Shown here: piece after piece, positions 9,189-18,125 of the stretch
How positions within the stretch are numbered: the stretch's first letter is position 1
Layout: each line of letters begins with the position of its first letter
Virus record (IMG/VR): IMGVR_UViG_3300044709_000179
Coordinates: 1 to 64,000 of that record
Reading direction: 5' to 3' (one strand)
DNA length: 64,000 nucleotides
From: a virus
Taxonomy: Duplodnaviria; Caudoviricetes
Translations under genes and position numbers: made by a program
The notes under the pieces: model-generated
Databases searched by the model: none
Seen by the model: the letters and a program-made list of their open reading frames with translations, nothing else
Told to the model about the DNA's origin: nothing

Positions 9189-9328
9189 ATGACCACCGAC
9201 TCCCGCTGCCCCACCTGCGACTCACCCGAGCCGCAACTGCACCCGCGACCCAAGCCGAAGGCGAAGTCACGCACATCTGCCCCGACCCGTTCCACGGCGG
9301 TGGGCCCGACGACCACGAGGAGCACTGA
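9189..9328 (+). pseudogene. Small Zn-finger gene with apparent 1-nt frameshift
   Basis: CPTCDSPEPQLHP in one frame continues as ATQAEGEVTHICPDPFH in another. Confidence 0.45.
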
Positions 9329-9330
9329 CC

Positions 9331-9561
9331 ATGGCCACGTTCAACGGCCCCGCCTACGCCGCCGAAGCCCTGACCCGTCTCAAGCTCGCCGACACGGCAC
9401 ACGATGCCGAGTTCTCCGTGCACCTGCGTGAGACGGCCGCCACCTACGCCACGCTGGCGCTGGTCGCGGCGACCGTCGGACCGACCTACGCCGACCGTGA
9501 CAGCAGCGAAGACGAGCAGTGGGCGAACGCGCTCACCCCGCCCGTGTCGCTTGAAGCCTGA
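9331..9561 (+). CDS. Hypothetical phage protein
   Basis: GAGGAG RBS. Confidence 0.6.
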   Translation: MATFNGPAYAAEALTRLKLADTAHDAEFSVHLRETAATYATLALVAATVGPTYADRDSSEDEQWANALTPPVSLEA

Positions 9562-9582
9562 CCAGAACTGAGAGGAACCCTG

Positions 9583-9858
9583 ATGATCCAGGTCACCGTC
9601 CACGTCGCCCAACCGATCCGCGACGAAGAAGCCGAAACCGGCCACATCGTCATCCGCGAGCCGCTGCCCGAGTTCACCGGCGACGACTGGAAGGAGCAGC
9701 AGGTCGCCGTGCACCGCCGCGACGCGAAACTGATCGCCGACGTGCTGCAAGGCACCCTGCCGGGTGGCACCTTCGACCAGTTGCTGTGTGAACTGCTGAC
9801 CCGTACGGCCAGCGCGTTCCGGGTGCGATACCCGAAGGTTGAGGAGGTGAAGGCGTGA
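9583..9858 (+). CDS. Hypothetical phage protein
   Basis: GAGGA RBS. Confidence 0.6.
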   Translation: MIQVTVHVAQPIRDEEAETGHIVIREPLPEFTGDDWKEQQVAVHRRDAKLIADVLQGTLPGGTFDQLLCELLTRTASAFRVRYPKVEEVKA

Positions 9859-10091
9859 TGAAGGTTCCGACGTGGGATGAGATCGACGGCATGGTCGAAG
9901 GCGACCCGCTCGCCCTGCGCGACCTGGCGGCGAAACTGGTCTGCGAGATCGACCGCCTGCGGGTCGTGTTCGCCGAGGTTGCCGAGTACGCGGAGAAGGT
10001 GGCCGGCCATCCGTGCGGCAACGTGGACCGCGACTACGCGCTGACTGCGATCGCGAACACGGCGCGGCAGGAGGTGACTCGCCATGGCTGA
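9855..10091 (+). CDS. Hypothetical phage protein
   Basis: Coupled ORF. Confidence 0.6.
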   Translation: MMKVPTWDEIDGMVEGDPLALRDLAAKLVCEIDRLRVVFAEVAEYAEKVAGHPCGNVDRDYALTAIANTARQEVTRHG

Positions 10092-10545
10092 CCAGACCCC
10101 CGACCCGACCACCCCAACCATCCGCAACGTCGTCTACGGCGCCCTGTCGTCGGCGCTACTCGACCACGGCATTCACCTGGAGCCGTACATGCGCGGTGGA
10201 ATCCGAGACGAGATCGTGGCAGCGGTCGCCGCGCTGGACGAAGAAGGCCCGCCCGGCTGGGAGGGCTGCGACCGCGCCGAGGCGATCCGCCAGGCCGAGC
10301 ACCACCACGCCGAACTGCTCAAGTGGATGGACGAGCACGACCGTCGCCGCGACGAGCGGGATGCGGCGCTCGCCGACCTGCGGGACCTTGCCGACGGGCA
10401 CGCCGAACTGGTGGTGCACGTCGCACGCCTACGCCGCTTCATGGCCAAGCACGGACTGGAAGACCCGACGTGGGCGAACCTGTCGGAGAGCAACAAGGCC
10501 GTGCTGCGGGCGGCCGACGAGAAGACGCTGGAGGGCGCGGCATGA
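10084..10545 (+). CDS. Coiled-coil hypothetical protein
   Basis: GGAGG RBS, heptad pattern. Confidence 0.6.
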   Translation: MADQTPDPTTPTIRNVVYGALSSALLDHGIHLEPYMRGGIRDEIVAAVAALDEEGPPGWEGCDRAEAIRQAEHHHAELLKWMDEHDRRRDERDAALADLRDLADGHAELVVHVARLRRFMAKHGLEDPTWANLSESNKAVLRAADEKTLEGAA

Positions 10546-10832
10546 CGGTCTTCGGCCCTCACTGCCCGCACGACGACTGCGGCTGGGCCGTCTGTGACAT
10601 CGCGCCGGAGCCGGAGAGTGGCGTCTGGTACACCTGTCGGCACGTCGCCGAATGCGACCTGTGCGGGCCGACGTCGCCGGACTGGCCGCGGCTGGCGGCG
10701 CAGTGGGTCGACTGGTGCGCGGAACGGTACGGGTCGGCGAGCAGCGAGGATCTGCGGGCGCGGGGCGCGATGCCGCCCAACGTGGTGGCGATGGCGGAAC
10801 TGGTTGAGGCGCACCCGGTGGTGACGCGATGA
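10542..10832 (+). CDS. Cys-rich hypothetical protein
   Basis: CPHDDC, CxH, CDLC. Confidence 0.55.
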   Translation: MTVFGPHCPHDDCGWAVCDIAPEPESGVWYTCRHVAECDLCGPTSPDWPRLAAQWVDWCAERYGSASSEDLRARGAMPPNVVAMAELVEAHPVVTR

Positions 10833-10990
10833 CCCCCGAGCTCGGCTACGGCTGCGACACCTGTGGCCCATTCGAGTACTGCCCGGACGACGCGATGGCG
10901 CGGCACTGGGAGGACTACGACCCGAGGGACGAGCCGGAGTCCGTCGCCGTGCCTGTAGTGGTGGCCGAGTACGACGAGAGGCCGTTCTGA
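10829..10990 (+). CDS. Small hypothetical protein
   Basis: ATGA and TGATG overlaps; below ORF-track threshold. Confidence 0.45.
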   Translation: MTPELGYGCDTCGPFEYCPDDAMARHWEDYDPRDEPESVAVPVVVAEYDERPF

Positions 10991-11508
10991 TGGCCTACCA
11001 GCACAACCCAGAGCGTGACCACCACCGCAAGCCCGGCGCCGCCGTGGCGCTGGCCACCGCGATGATTCCCACCGACCGCGTCCGCTGGGTGTACGCGACC
11101 GATTACTACGACGGTCCGCGCTCCGGTCGGGTGCAGGTCCAGGGTCCGAACGGCTGGCAGGACGCCGAGACGCTGTGGGCCGAACTGATCGAGGAGTGCA
11201 CCTTCGCGGTGTACATCGACAACGAGGACGACGAGCGTGAGTTCGACTACCCGTGCGGGTTCAACCGTCGATTCCGACTGGTCCGCCTCACGCCGGCGGC
11301 GGACGCCGAGGAGGCGCGCCGCCACGGGCTGTTCGAGGAGATGGTGGGCACCCACCATCGGTACGTCTACGACGACGAGGGGAACCGGCGGCGCGTGAGC
11401 CTGTTCGATGCTGCTTCGCACCCGGACTGGCACACGTTCTACGACCTCGCCAAGCGGTGGCCGGAGTGGAAGGCGGAGGGTGAAGTGATCGGGTGGTTCC
11501 AGACCTAG
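10990..11508 (+). CDS. Hypothetical protein (YYDGP.SG motif)
   Basis: 172 aa, coupled. Confidence 0.65.
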   Translation: MAYQHNPERDHHRKPGAAVALATAMIPTDRVRWVYATDYYDGPRSGRVQVQGPNGWQDAETLWAELIEECTFAVYIDNEDDEREFDYPCGFNRRFRLVRLTPAADAEEARRHGLFEEMVGTHHRYVYDDEGNRRRVSLFDAASHPDWHTFYDLAKRWPEWKAEGEVIGWFQT

Positions 11509-11753
11509 CGGTCGAGGCGCTCCAGGATCTGCGCGATGCCCTGCTCCAGGCTGGCCATGCGCTGGTCAAGGCCGTCGATGCGACCGTTGACCGCGGCGAA
11601 CCCGCTCTGGACCTCCTCGCGCAGTTCGTGCACCTCGGACTGGACCAGCGACAGGCCGAACGCCTGGGCACGCAGGCCAGCGCCGATCTCGGCGTGGCGG
11701 AGCTCTTGGACTTCCGCTTCGACCTTGCTGAGGCGCTCTTCGGGGGTGGCCAC
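11505..11753 (-). CDS. Small coiled-coil protein (leaderless moron)
   Basis: TATCGT-6nt-GTG; heptads. Confidence 0.65.
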   Translation of the reverse strand: MATPEERLSKVEAEVQELRHAEIGAGLRAQAFGLSLVQSEVHELREEVQSGFAAVNGRIDGLDQRMASLEQGIAQILERLDR

Positions 11754-11789
11754 GGTTCGACGATACCGGATCCGGTCGCCGTGGCCGAG

Positions 11790-12011
11790 TCACCCAACGC
11801 GCTTGAACAGGTACACGCCCCACGGCTGCCCGTTCTCGATCGCGACGGTGAAGAACGCGAGATCCCACCCGACGGCCGCGATCCGGTTGATAGCCACGTT
11901 CGGGTCGACGTTGGCCTCGTACAGCAGCGTGACGTGGAAGAGGCGATCGCCGCGCTGCCAAGCCTGCTGGGCGGCCTTCGCCTCGGGGGTGGTGCGCTTG
12001 AACCACGCCAT
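11790..12011 (-). CDS. Small hypothetical protein (DUF4177-like, leaderless moron)
   Basis: TACGAT-6nt-ATG; IN.IAA.GWDL...YLFKR. Confidence 0.6.
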   Translation of the reverse strand: MAWFKRTTPEAKAAQQAWQRGDRLFHVTLLYEANVDPNVAINRIAAVGWDLAFFTVAIENGQPWGVYLFKRVG

Positions 12012-12187
12012 GCGGTGATCGTAGCGGCGTCGGGTGCGCTAGGCAGCCAGCGTGGCCCGCAGCTCTTCGCCGAACTCCTCGACTGCGGCCTCATTGGGAT
12101 AGCGCTCGCGCAGTTCGCTGATGAACTCACGGGCGTTCATCGCCAGCGACGGCAGCGACCGGCGCCCCAGGGTGAGCGCGCGACGCG

Positions 12188-13027
12188 TTATGCGGCCAGT
12201 TGCTGGCCCCGCGCCCGCTGAAACAGGCAGCACTCCATGTTGCCGCACCAGTGGCCCGCGAGTTCGCCGAGCTGCTTGGCGTGGATCTCCAGTTCCGCCT
12301 TCATCTCTGCCAACTGGTGGTGCACCAGCGCCATTTGATCAGGGGAGACGTCGGGGTTCGGTGGCCGTCCGGGTTCGTTGGGCGAATCGTTAAGCGTCCT
12401 TACGACCGAGCCCTTGCCCTGAAAACTGGTGACCAAGCCTTGGCTGCGCAGTTCGGCAACGACGCGGCGGGCCATGGCGACGTCGACCTGATATTGCTTC
12501 TGCATCTCGGTCAGGGACGGCAGCCACGTGCCAGCGGCCAGTTCGCCGGAGTAGATCTGCGCGGCAATGGTGGCCGCGATTGCTCGAAACGTTGGTAGTG
12601 GCTTGCTGTAGGCCAGGACTTTCGGAATGGGGGTCGGCTCGGGATCTTCAATGAGCCCGCCAAAGAGGTCCACCTGGCCGTAGGGGTCCTCGCCACGACA
12701 AACCAGTTCGACTAAGGCGACCGTGGTGTCGAAGTCTGCGTCGTAGAAGTACTCACGTCGAGCGCGCTCGCCTCGCGAGCTTCGCACCATGAAGTCGATG
12801 ATGGTTGTCTCGTTGCGCGCGAAGCCCAGGTGCGCATCCGATATCCATGCCGCAACCAGCTCGGCGCGAAAGGCAGAGGCATCGCTGATGTGCTGCGCGA
12901 GCCGACTGGCGGGATCGACGGTCTTCCCGACCTTGACCACCTTGCAGTCGAATTCGATGACGTAGAGGTAGCCGAATCCATCAGTAACGGCTGGGCGCGA
13001 GGTCCAGACAGTGGGGTCGATGGTCAC
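12188..13027 (-). CDS. T5orf172/GIY-YIG-like domain fused to GntR wHTH
   Basis: YLYVI..VKVGKT.DP..RL..H..EYF; C-term I.SGEL.AG..LPS..E...Y.V...ARR...L...GLV...GKG. Confidence 0.75.
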   Translation of the reverse strand: MTIDPTVWTSRPAVTDGFGYLYVIEFDCKVVKVGKTVDPASRLAQHISDASAFRAELVAAWISDAHLGFARNETTIIDFMVRSSRGERARREYFYDADFDTTVALVELVCRGEDPYGQVDLFGGLIEDPEPTPIPKVLAYSKPLPTFRAIAATIAAQIYSGELAAGTWLPSLTEMQKQYQVDVAMARRVVAELRSQGLVTSFQGKGSVVRTLNDSPNEPGRPPNPDVSPDQMALVHHQLAEMKAELEIHAKQLGELAGHWCGNMECCLFQRARGQQLAA

Positions 13028-13062
13028 GGTACCAATGGTACCGCATGTACGCTTGGTACATG
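13027..13062. promoter_or_regulatory. Divergent promoter with two palindromes / four GTAC at 9-nt spacing
   Basis: CGGTACCA-A-TGGTACCG and CATGTAC-n5-GTACATG. Confidence 0.7.
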
Positions 13063-13275
13063 GAGCGTGAGATGCGGGTGCGTGAGGTTCGAGACCAACT
13101 CGGTCGCAGGGTGGACGCCGCCCACTACGGCGGTGAAGCCACCGTCATTACGTCAAGCGGCGAGAAGCGTGCCGTGCTTGTGCCATACGAGTGGTATCAG
13201 AGAGTTTGCGTCCAGCAAGCCGCAGGCAAGACGTCACCTCGCCGCCGGGTATCGGCTACGCCTCCCACGCCTTAA
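13060..13275 (+). CDS. Phd/YefM-family antitoxin (orphan)
   Basis: VREVRDQLG..VD.A...GE.TVIT..G..RAVLVP. Confidence 0.8.
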   Translation: MEREMRVREVRDQLGRRVDAAHYGGEATVITSSGEKRAVLVPYEWYQRVCVQQAAGKTSPRRRVSATPPTP

Positions 13276-14089
13276 CCGTCTTGGCCAGAAACGCTCGCGC
13301 ATCCTCACCAGTCAGCGCCTGCTCCCACATCGCGTCCATGACCTCCACATAAAGGTCGGGCGCCTCTCGTGAGTCCTCACCGTCGAAGGTTTCCACTACG
13401 ACGAGGTCGTCGTACATCTGGAAGCCGTGCTGCGGCACCCGACGGTTGCCACCCCGCATGGGCAGCAATCCCAGGCGAACGTTTGGCGCATCCAGCCACG
13501 TGGCGAGGAAGTGCAGTTGCGGGACCATGACGCGCGCCGGCACCCAGTCCCACAGTAGGGCGGGCTCGCCGATAAGGATCTCGAACCGCTTGGACTGGTC
13601 GTAGAGCAGGTGTTGACGCTTCATACGTGCGGCCACGGCTTCGTCGATGTCCTTCGGCGGCCGGTGCAACTCCACCATCTCGGCAAAGACGGCCCGGGCG
13701 TAGTCGCGGGTCTGGACGAGGCCGGGGATCCAGACGGTGTCGAAGTAGCGGATCACCTGCGAGTCTTCGACCATCTGGTTGTGGATGCGCTGCACCTCGG
13801 CTTGCCCGCGCGCCATCGTGTCCTTGAAGGTGCGTTCGTGCGCTACACCCGTGGCGCGTAGCTCCAGCAACTCCGGGGCAGCACCCGCCGCGCCAGTTGC
13901 CTGAGCCCACGCCTCAATGTCGGACTGCGACGGGGTGATGATGCCTTGCCGAATTCGGGACACCTTTGACGGTGCCCAGCCGAGTTGTTCGGCGAGGTCT
14001 TTACCGGTGATGTCGGCGGCGTCTTGCAGTTCGCGCAGGCGCTCGGCGAGGCCGCCGGGCACGATCAGCCAAGGCTTCGGTTCGTTCAT
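13256..14089 (-). CDS. XRE HTH + DUF5753 regulator (WhiJ/Scr1-like)
   Basis: LAEQLGW.PSKVSRI, IPGLVQT.DYARAV, ARM.RQ..L, I.E.AL. Confidence 0.85.
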   Translation of the reverse strand: MNEPKPWLIVPGGLAERLRELQDAADITGKDLAEQLGWAPSKVSRIRQGIITPSQSDIEAWAQATGAAGAAPELLELRATGVAHERTFKDTMARGQAEVQRIHNQMVEDSQVIRYFDTVWIPGLVQTRDYARAVFAEMVELHRPPKDIDEAVAARMKRQHLLYDQSKRFEILIGEPALLWDWVPARVMVPQLHFLATWLDAPNVRLGLLPMRGGNRRVPQHGFQMYDDLVVVETFDGEDSREAPDLYVEVMDAMWEQALTGEDARAFLAKTVKAWEA

Positions 14090-14655
14090 GGCGTGGACTC
14101 CCGGGTTGTGGCGGTGATGACGCCTTCGTGGTCGAGGGCGCCAAGTCGGACCGCCAGGTCCCGCCATGCGCATGCCTGCTTCACTCGGTTGGGGTCGGTG
14201 ACGAGTTCGTTGCGAACGCGCCGCCCTTCGCCGTCGAAGGACATGACGATCAGGTCGCGTTCATCGAGAAGCCAGAGGTCGGTGGCGCCGAGGAAAGCTA
14301 GCAGGCCAGCCTCGTCGGCCTGCGTCCGGGTCAGGTAGTAGATCTGCTCACCGGCCGCCGCGTTCCATGTGCCGATCCATCGCTCCCACCGCTGACTGTC
14401 GGTCGGCGGGTCGTCGTGGATGCGGACGCGGGTCATGCGCCGGCCGCGGTCGGTGAGGTCGCGGATGCGCTCGAACCAGAGTTTCAGGCTGGGCAGTTCG
14501 GTGGGGTCGCGCGGGTCGCCCGCGGCGAAGCTCACCACCGCCTCGTGCTCTTCCGGCTCGTGGTAGATCCGCTGCGCTTCGAAGCGGAACGCCGTGCGCT
14601 GGAAGTTGAAGAGGCGGCGGTAGAACTCGGCTTCGTCGATGAGCTGGCCGGGCAT
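14086..14655 (-). CDS. DUF6879-family protein
   Basis: F.RTAFRFE...Y, RVR..D.PPTD.QRW, N.AAGE.I, D.WL.D. Confidence 0.8.
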   Translation of the reverse strand: MPGQLIDEAEFYRRLFNFQRTAFRFEAQRIYHEPEEHEAVVSFAAGDPRDPTELPSLKLWFERIRDLTDRGRRMTRVRIHDDPPTDSQRWERWIGTWNAAAGEQIYYLTRTQADEAGLLAFLGATDLWLLDERDLIVMSFDGEGRRVRNELVTDPNRVKQACAWRDLAVRLGALDHEGVITATTRESTP

Positions 14656-14657
14656 GG

Positions 14658-14861
14658 TCAGGGTGCCTGCCGGAGCCGGTCGAGCACGTTGGCGGGGACG
14701 AAGACGCCATCCTCGTCGTCGGCGAGTTGCCGGAGGTGCGACCGCTCTTCGTCGGTGAGCTTGATGCCCTGGACGACGTAGCCGCCTTCGGTGGCGTAGA
14801 GGGCGGGGCAACCGCCGCCACCGCTGTCCCGGTCCTTCCAGAGGAATGTCAGGTTCCGCAT
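14658..14861 (-). CDS. Small partner protein of DUF6879/DUF5753 module
   Basis: L.FLWKD..S..GGCPALYAT...YVVQG...E..V.VP. Confidence 0.75.
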   Translation of the reverse strand: MRNLTFLWKDRDSGGGGCPALYATEGGYVVQGIKLTDEERSHLRQLADDEDGVFVPANVLDRLRQAP

Positions 14862-14883
14862 CGTTCGCCCCTTCTGTCGGGCT

Positions 14884-15039
14884 CCAGGTTCCTGACCTGA
14901 TGGTCCCACTGCGAGCAAGATCTATGCAATTGCCCTCGGCATGCCGCACTAGCGGTCATCCGAGGGCAATCAGCGGAACCTGGCTCCTCTCACGGTAGAG
15001 CAATCTTGCACAATTGCTTGAGTTGATCGAGCAATTGTG
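14884..15039. promoter_or_regulatory. Divergent control region with three inverted repeats
   Basis: CCAGGTTCC/GGAACCTGG, ATTGCCCTCGG/CCGAGGGCAAT, CACAATTGCT/AGCAATTGTG. Confidence 0.6.
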
Positions 15040-15089
15040 AGACATTGCATTGCGGGCGCAACGACCCGCCGACCGACGAGGGAGCGAAG

Positions 15090-15398
15090 GTGAGCGCATC
15101 AGCAGCCACAACCGCGGCCATCGAGCGGCTATCTGACGCCGATCGGGCCGCGTACGAGGCGTTCTGCGCTATCACCTGCCCCATCGAGCAGGCGCGGGCG
15201 ATCACCGCCTGGGGGCGACCCCGGGGCACACTCCGCTCGCCGTTCCGCGAGCTGCGCCTTGCCGCGCTCGCCAAGGTCCACGCCAGCGCCCAACTGAAGC
15301 GCGGCAAGGCTGCGGCCCTCGCCCTGCGCATCGGCTTCTCGCCGACCCGGTTCAGCCGTCTCACCCGGCACGTCAGCATCGAAGGGACGCCGTCATGA
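15090..15398 (+). CDS. Putative HTH DNA-binding protein
   Basis: AALALRIGFSPTRFSRL at C-terminus. Confidence 0.55.
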   Translation: MSASAATTAAIERLSDADRAAYEAFCAITCPIEQARAITAWGRPRGTLRSPFRELRLAALAKVHASAQLKRGKAAALALRIGFSPTRFSRLTRHVSIEGTPS

Positions 15399-15823
15399 CC
15401 ACCACGACCGTCGAGCACGCCGCCCGCGACCACGCCAAGCAGATCCGCGACCCGCAGCACCGCGAGGCCTTGGCGAAGCTTCTCGAAGACCTCGCCTACA
15501 TCTACGACGAGATCGGCGGCGGCCTGCACGTCGCCGCCCCCGACGGCCTGAAGGTCAACCCGCTGGTCGACATGAACCTGCGCTTCGGCTCGGACGTCGC
15601 CACCGAACTGGCCCGCCTGATCCGCGACGGCGAGCAGTGGATGACCGAGGCCGCCGCGCTGCGCCGCGAAGAGGACCGGATCAACCGGCTGGGCCAGCGT
15701 GAGCAGGTCATCTGCGTGACCCCGGAGGACTGGCGGCTGCGGCGCGCCGAGGGCTTCGCGGCCGGCGTTGACGCGCTCGCCCAGGAACTCGCCGCGTCCG
15801 ACTCGGATCTGGTGGACGCGTGA
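15395..15823 (+). CDS. Hypothetical protein
   Basis: Coupled ORF. Confidence 0.65.
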   Translation: MTTTTVEHAARDHAKQIRDPQHREALAKLLEDLAYIYDEIGGGLHVAAPDGLKVNPLVDMNLRFGSDVATELARLIRDGEQWMTEAAALRREEDRINRLGQREQVICVTPEDWRLRRAEGFAAGVDALAQELAASDSDLVDA

Positions 15824-16032
15824 TGACCGCCTACATCGCCCGCTACATCACCGTCGACCACTCCGGTGCGGTGATCGCCACTGGCGTGATCGACCTGAAC
15901 GGTCCCGGCTTCGACCTTTCCGATGCGATGGGTGCCAACCACGCCTACCGGACGGCCGCCGAGGTCGTCGGCAGCACGCCGCCAGTGCCGAACGGCACGG
16001 TCATCGTCACCTCGCTGGTGGAGGCCGGCTGA
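15820..16032 (+). CDS. Hypothetical protein
   Basis: Coupled ORF. Confidence 0.6.
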   Translation: MMTAYIARYITVDHSGAVIATGVIDLNGPGFDLSDAMGANHAYRTAAEVVGSTPPVPNGTVIVTSLVEAG

Positions 16033-17243
16033 TGCTCCCCACCGCCGTTGAGAACCCCCGCCCGCCGGTGACTCCCGCCGACGGGCGGGCCAACGGCGTA
16101 CACCCCCTCCAGGCGACCTTCATCGCGGAGCCCGCAGACAGGCATCTCCGGCTCCGCCCCATCGCCGGGCCGACCGACACTGCCGCCCCCCGTCAGCCGT
16201 CGGTCGGCCCGGCCCGCCTCGCCGAAGCCGACCAGGAGCCGACCACTCCGACCGGTCGGTATGCCGACCACGTCGACCGGTGGACCGCGACCCTCCGACT
16301 GGTCGCCCCCCTGCTCCTCGTTAACGCGCTTGCCGTCTACGGGCAGATCGCATACGCCTACGACCACATCGCGCCGACCACTTGGACCACCGCGTCCCGG
16401 GTGGTTCTCGCTGTCGGCGCTGCGGCGGCGGTCGAGTCGATCGCGCTGTACGTCGGATGGCACGCCCACGACGCACTCATCCTGAAGTCGTACACGACCG
16501 CCCGGCACCTCCGCCGCGCCTCGTACGTCATCGCGGCGGTCGTCGGCTCCGTCAACTACACCCACTTCGCCGATGGCTTCCGGCCCACCGGTGCGGCGAT
16601 CATGTTCGGGCTGTTGTCGCTGGTCAGCCCCTGGTTGTGGGGCCTGCACACCCGTCGCGTGCAGCGGGTCCAGCTCATCCGGGAAGACCTTGTCGACGAC
16701 GCCGGGGTCGAGTTTTCGATCACCCGTCGGCGCAACTTCCCGTGGCGGTCCTGGCAGGCGCGCCGCTGGTCGATCGACCACAACATCCGCGACCCGAAGG
16801 TGGCGTGGCGGGAGTACAACGCCGACCGGATGCGTCGCCGCGCGGAGTTGACGCGCGCAGCCGACCACCGCCCGCCCGCCCCGACCGCCCCCCGGTCGGC
16901 GCGGAAGCCGACCACCAAGAAGAAGACCACCCGGCGGGCACCGACCACCACCCCGACCGCCCCGGTTCCGACCACCGACCACCTGAAGCCGACCGGTCCG
17001 ACCACCCCCCCGGTCGAGAAGCCGACCACCACCCCGACCGACGGCAGGAAGTGGGCACCGGTCGCCCTCCGCGACGCGGCACTACTGCGGTCGAAGCACG
17101 GCACGGTCGGTGCCGACCACCTGCCCGGTCGGAACGAGCTGATGCGCCTCCACGACTGGAACGCGGGCAAGGCCTCGGACGCCCGGACTGCCTACCTCGC
17201 GGGCGCGGACCTCGCCCATACCCCGAATGGAGACCTCTCGTGA
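16032..17243 (+). CDS. DUF2637/Spd-like multi-TM protein with Pro/Thr-rich linker and C-terminal HTH
   Basis: 4 TM helices (..VN.LAVYGQ..ESIA..VNY.H..S..SP.LW), repeat linker; architecture typical of actinomycete plasmid spread proteins. Confidence 0.65.
   Translation: MLPTAVENPRPPVTPADGRANGVHPLQATFIAEPADRHLRLRPIAGPTDTAAPRQPSVGPARLAEADQEPTTPTGRYADHVDRWTATLRLVAPLLLVNALAVYGQIAYAYDHIAPTTWTTASRVVLAVGAAAAVESIALYVGWHAHDALILKSYTTARHLRRASYVIAAVVGSVNYTHFADGFRPTGAAIMFGLLSLVSPWLWGLHTRRVQRVQLIREDLVDDAGVEFSITRRRNFPWRSWQARRWSIDHNIRDPKVAWREYNADRMRRRAELTRAADHRPPAPTAPRSARKPTTKKKTTRRAPTTTPTAPVPTTDHLKPTGPTTPPVEKPTTTPTDGRKWAPVALRDAALLRSKHGTVGADHLPGRNELMRLHDWNAGKASDARTAYLAGADLAHTPNGDLS
16861..17120 (+). repeat. 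Cluster of CCGACCAC octamers (candidate clt/TraB recognition locus)
   Basis: 8 exact copies plus CCGACCG variants, in different reading frames. Confidence 0.55.
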
Positions 17244-17563
17244 CCACTCGCGCCACTCGTAAGCGCCACTCCGGCATGGCGCGGCGCACCGCGCTGGCCC
17301 TGGTCGGCGTCATGGCGCTGACCGGCTGCGCCCCGTCCCCGAAGCCCGACTTCGTCACCACCGGTCCGATCGTCGAGAAGAACCACTACGACCCGAAGGT
17401 CGACCCGAGCTTCTCGGCGGACCGGTGGGAGTTCTGCTTCGGTCGGCAGGCGCAGTCGGCCTGCGTCCCGGTCAGCCACGTCGACTACGACTCGTTCAAC
17501 GTCGGCGACACCGTCCATGTCGAGCAGGTCACGGGCGAGCTGGCCGAGGTGAGCAAGCCGTGA
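17240..17563 (+). CDS. Putative lipoprotein
   Basis: Signal with lipobox LTGC. Confidence 0.65.
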   Translation: MTTRATRKRHSGMARRTALALVGVMALTGCAPSPKPDFVTTGPIVEKNHYDPKVDPSFSADRWEFCFGRQAQSACVPVSHVDYDSFNVGDTVHVEQVTGELAEVSKP

Positions 17564-17850
17564 CGATCACTCGCCCAGACCGCATTCTCGGCCCGAGCGC
17601 CTCGACCGTCGAGGGCTGCCGCGCCAACGCCCGCTCCGCCGCGTTCGCCGGTGCGGCGGCTGCCCTGCTGACGGCGGTGCTCGCCAACACCTGGTGGCTG
17701 TTCCTGCTTGGCGCGCTGGTCACCGCCGGCTCGACCTTCGACGCCGTCCGCTACGCCCGCAAGGCCCGACGCCTCGCGAAGCACAACCCCCCGATCTCGG
17801 ACACCCACTCCCGCGGTGTTCCGACCACTTCCGAGAAGGAGCAGCAGTGA
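17560..17850 (+). CDS. 2-TM membrane protein
   Basis: Hydrophobic hairpin. Confidence 0.6.
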   Translation: MTITRPDRILGPSASTVEGCRANARSAAFAGAAAALLTAVLANTWWLFLLGALVTAGSTFDAVRYARKARRLAKHNPPISDTHSRGVPTTSEKEQQ

Positions 17851-18125
17851 ACACCAACGACATCACGACCAAGCTCAGCGACCTGGTCACAGGCTCGGCC
17901 GGCGGCTACCCGCTCCTCACCATGGCCGGCGTTGCCCTCGTGTGGGCGATCGCCATGGCGCTGACGCCCGGCAAACTTCGGATTCTGCCGGTTCTGTACG
18001 GCGTCCTGCTGGTCGGCATCTTCTACACCCACCACCTGGAGTTGCTGCCGTGGCCGCTCGCGGGTGGCGTGGCATGGGCACTGCTCATGTACGTGAACCC
18101 GTTCAAGAGCGCCAAGAAGGCGTGA
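17847..18125 (+). CDS. 3-TM membrane protein
   Basis: Hydrophobic segments. Confidence 0.6.
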   Translation: MNTNDITTKLSDLVTGSAGGYPLLTMAGVALVWAIAMALTPGKLRILPVLYGVLLVGIFYTHHLELLPWPLAGGVAWALLMYVNPFKSAKKA

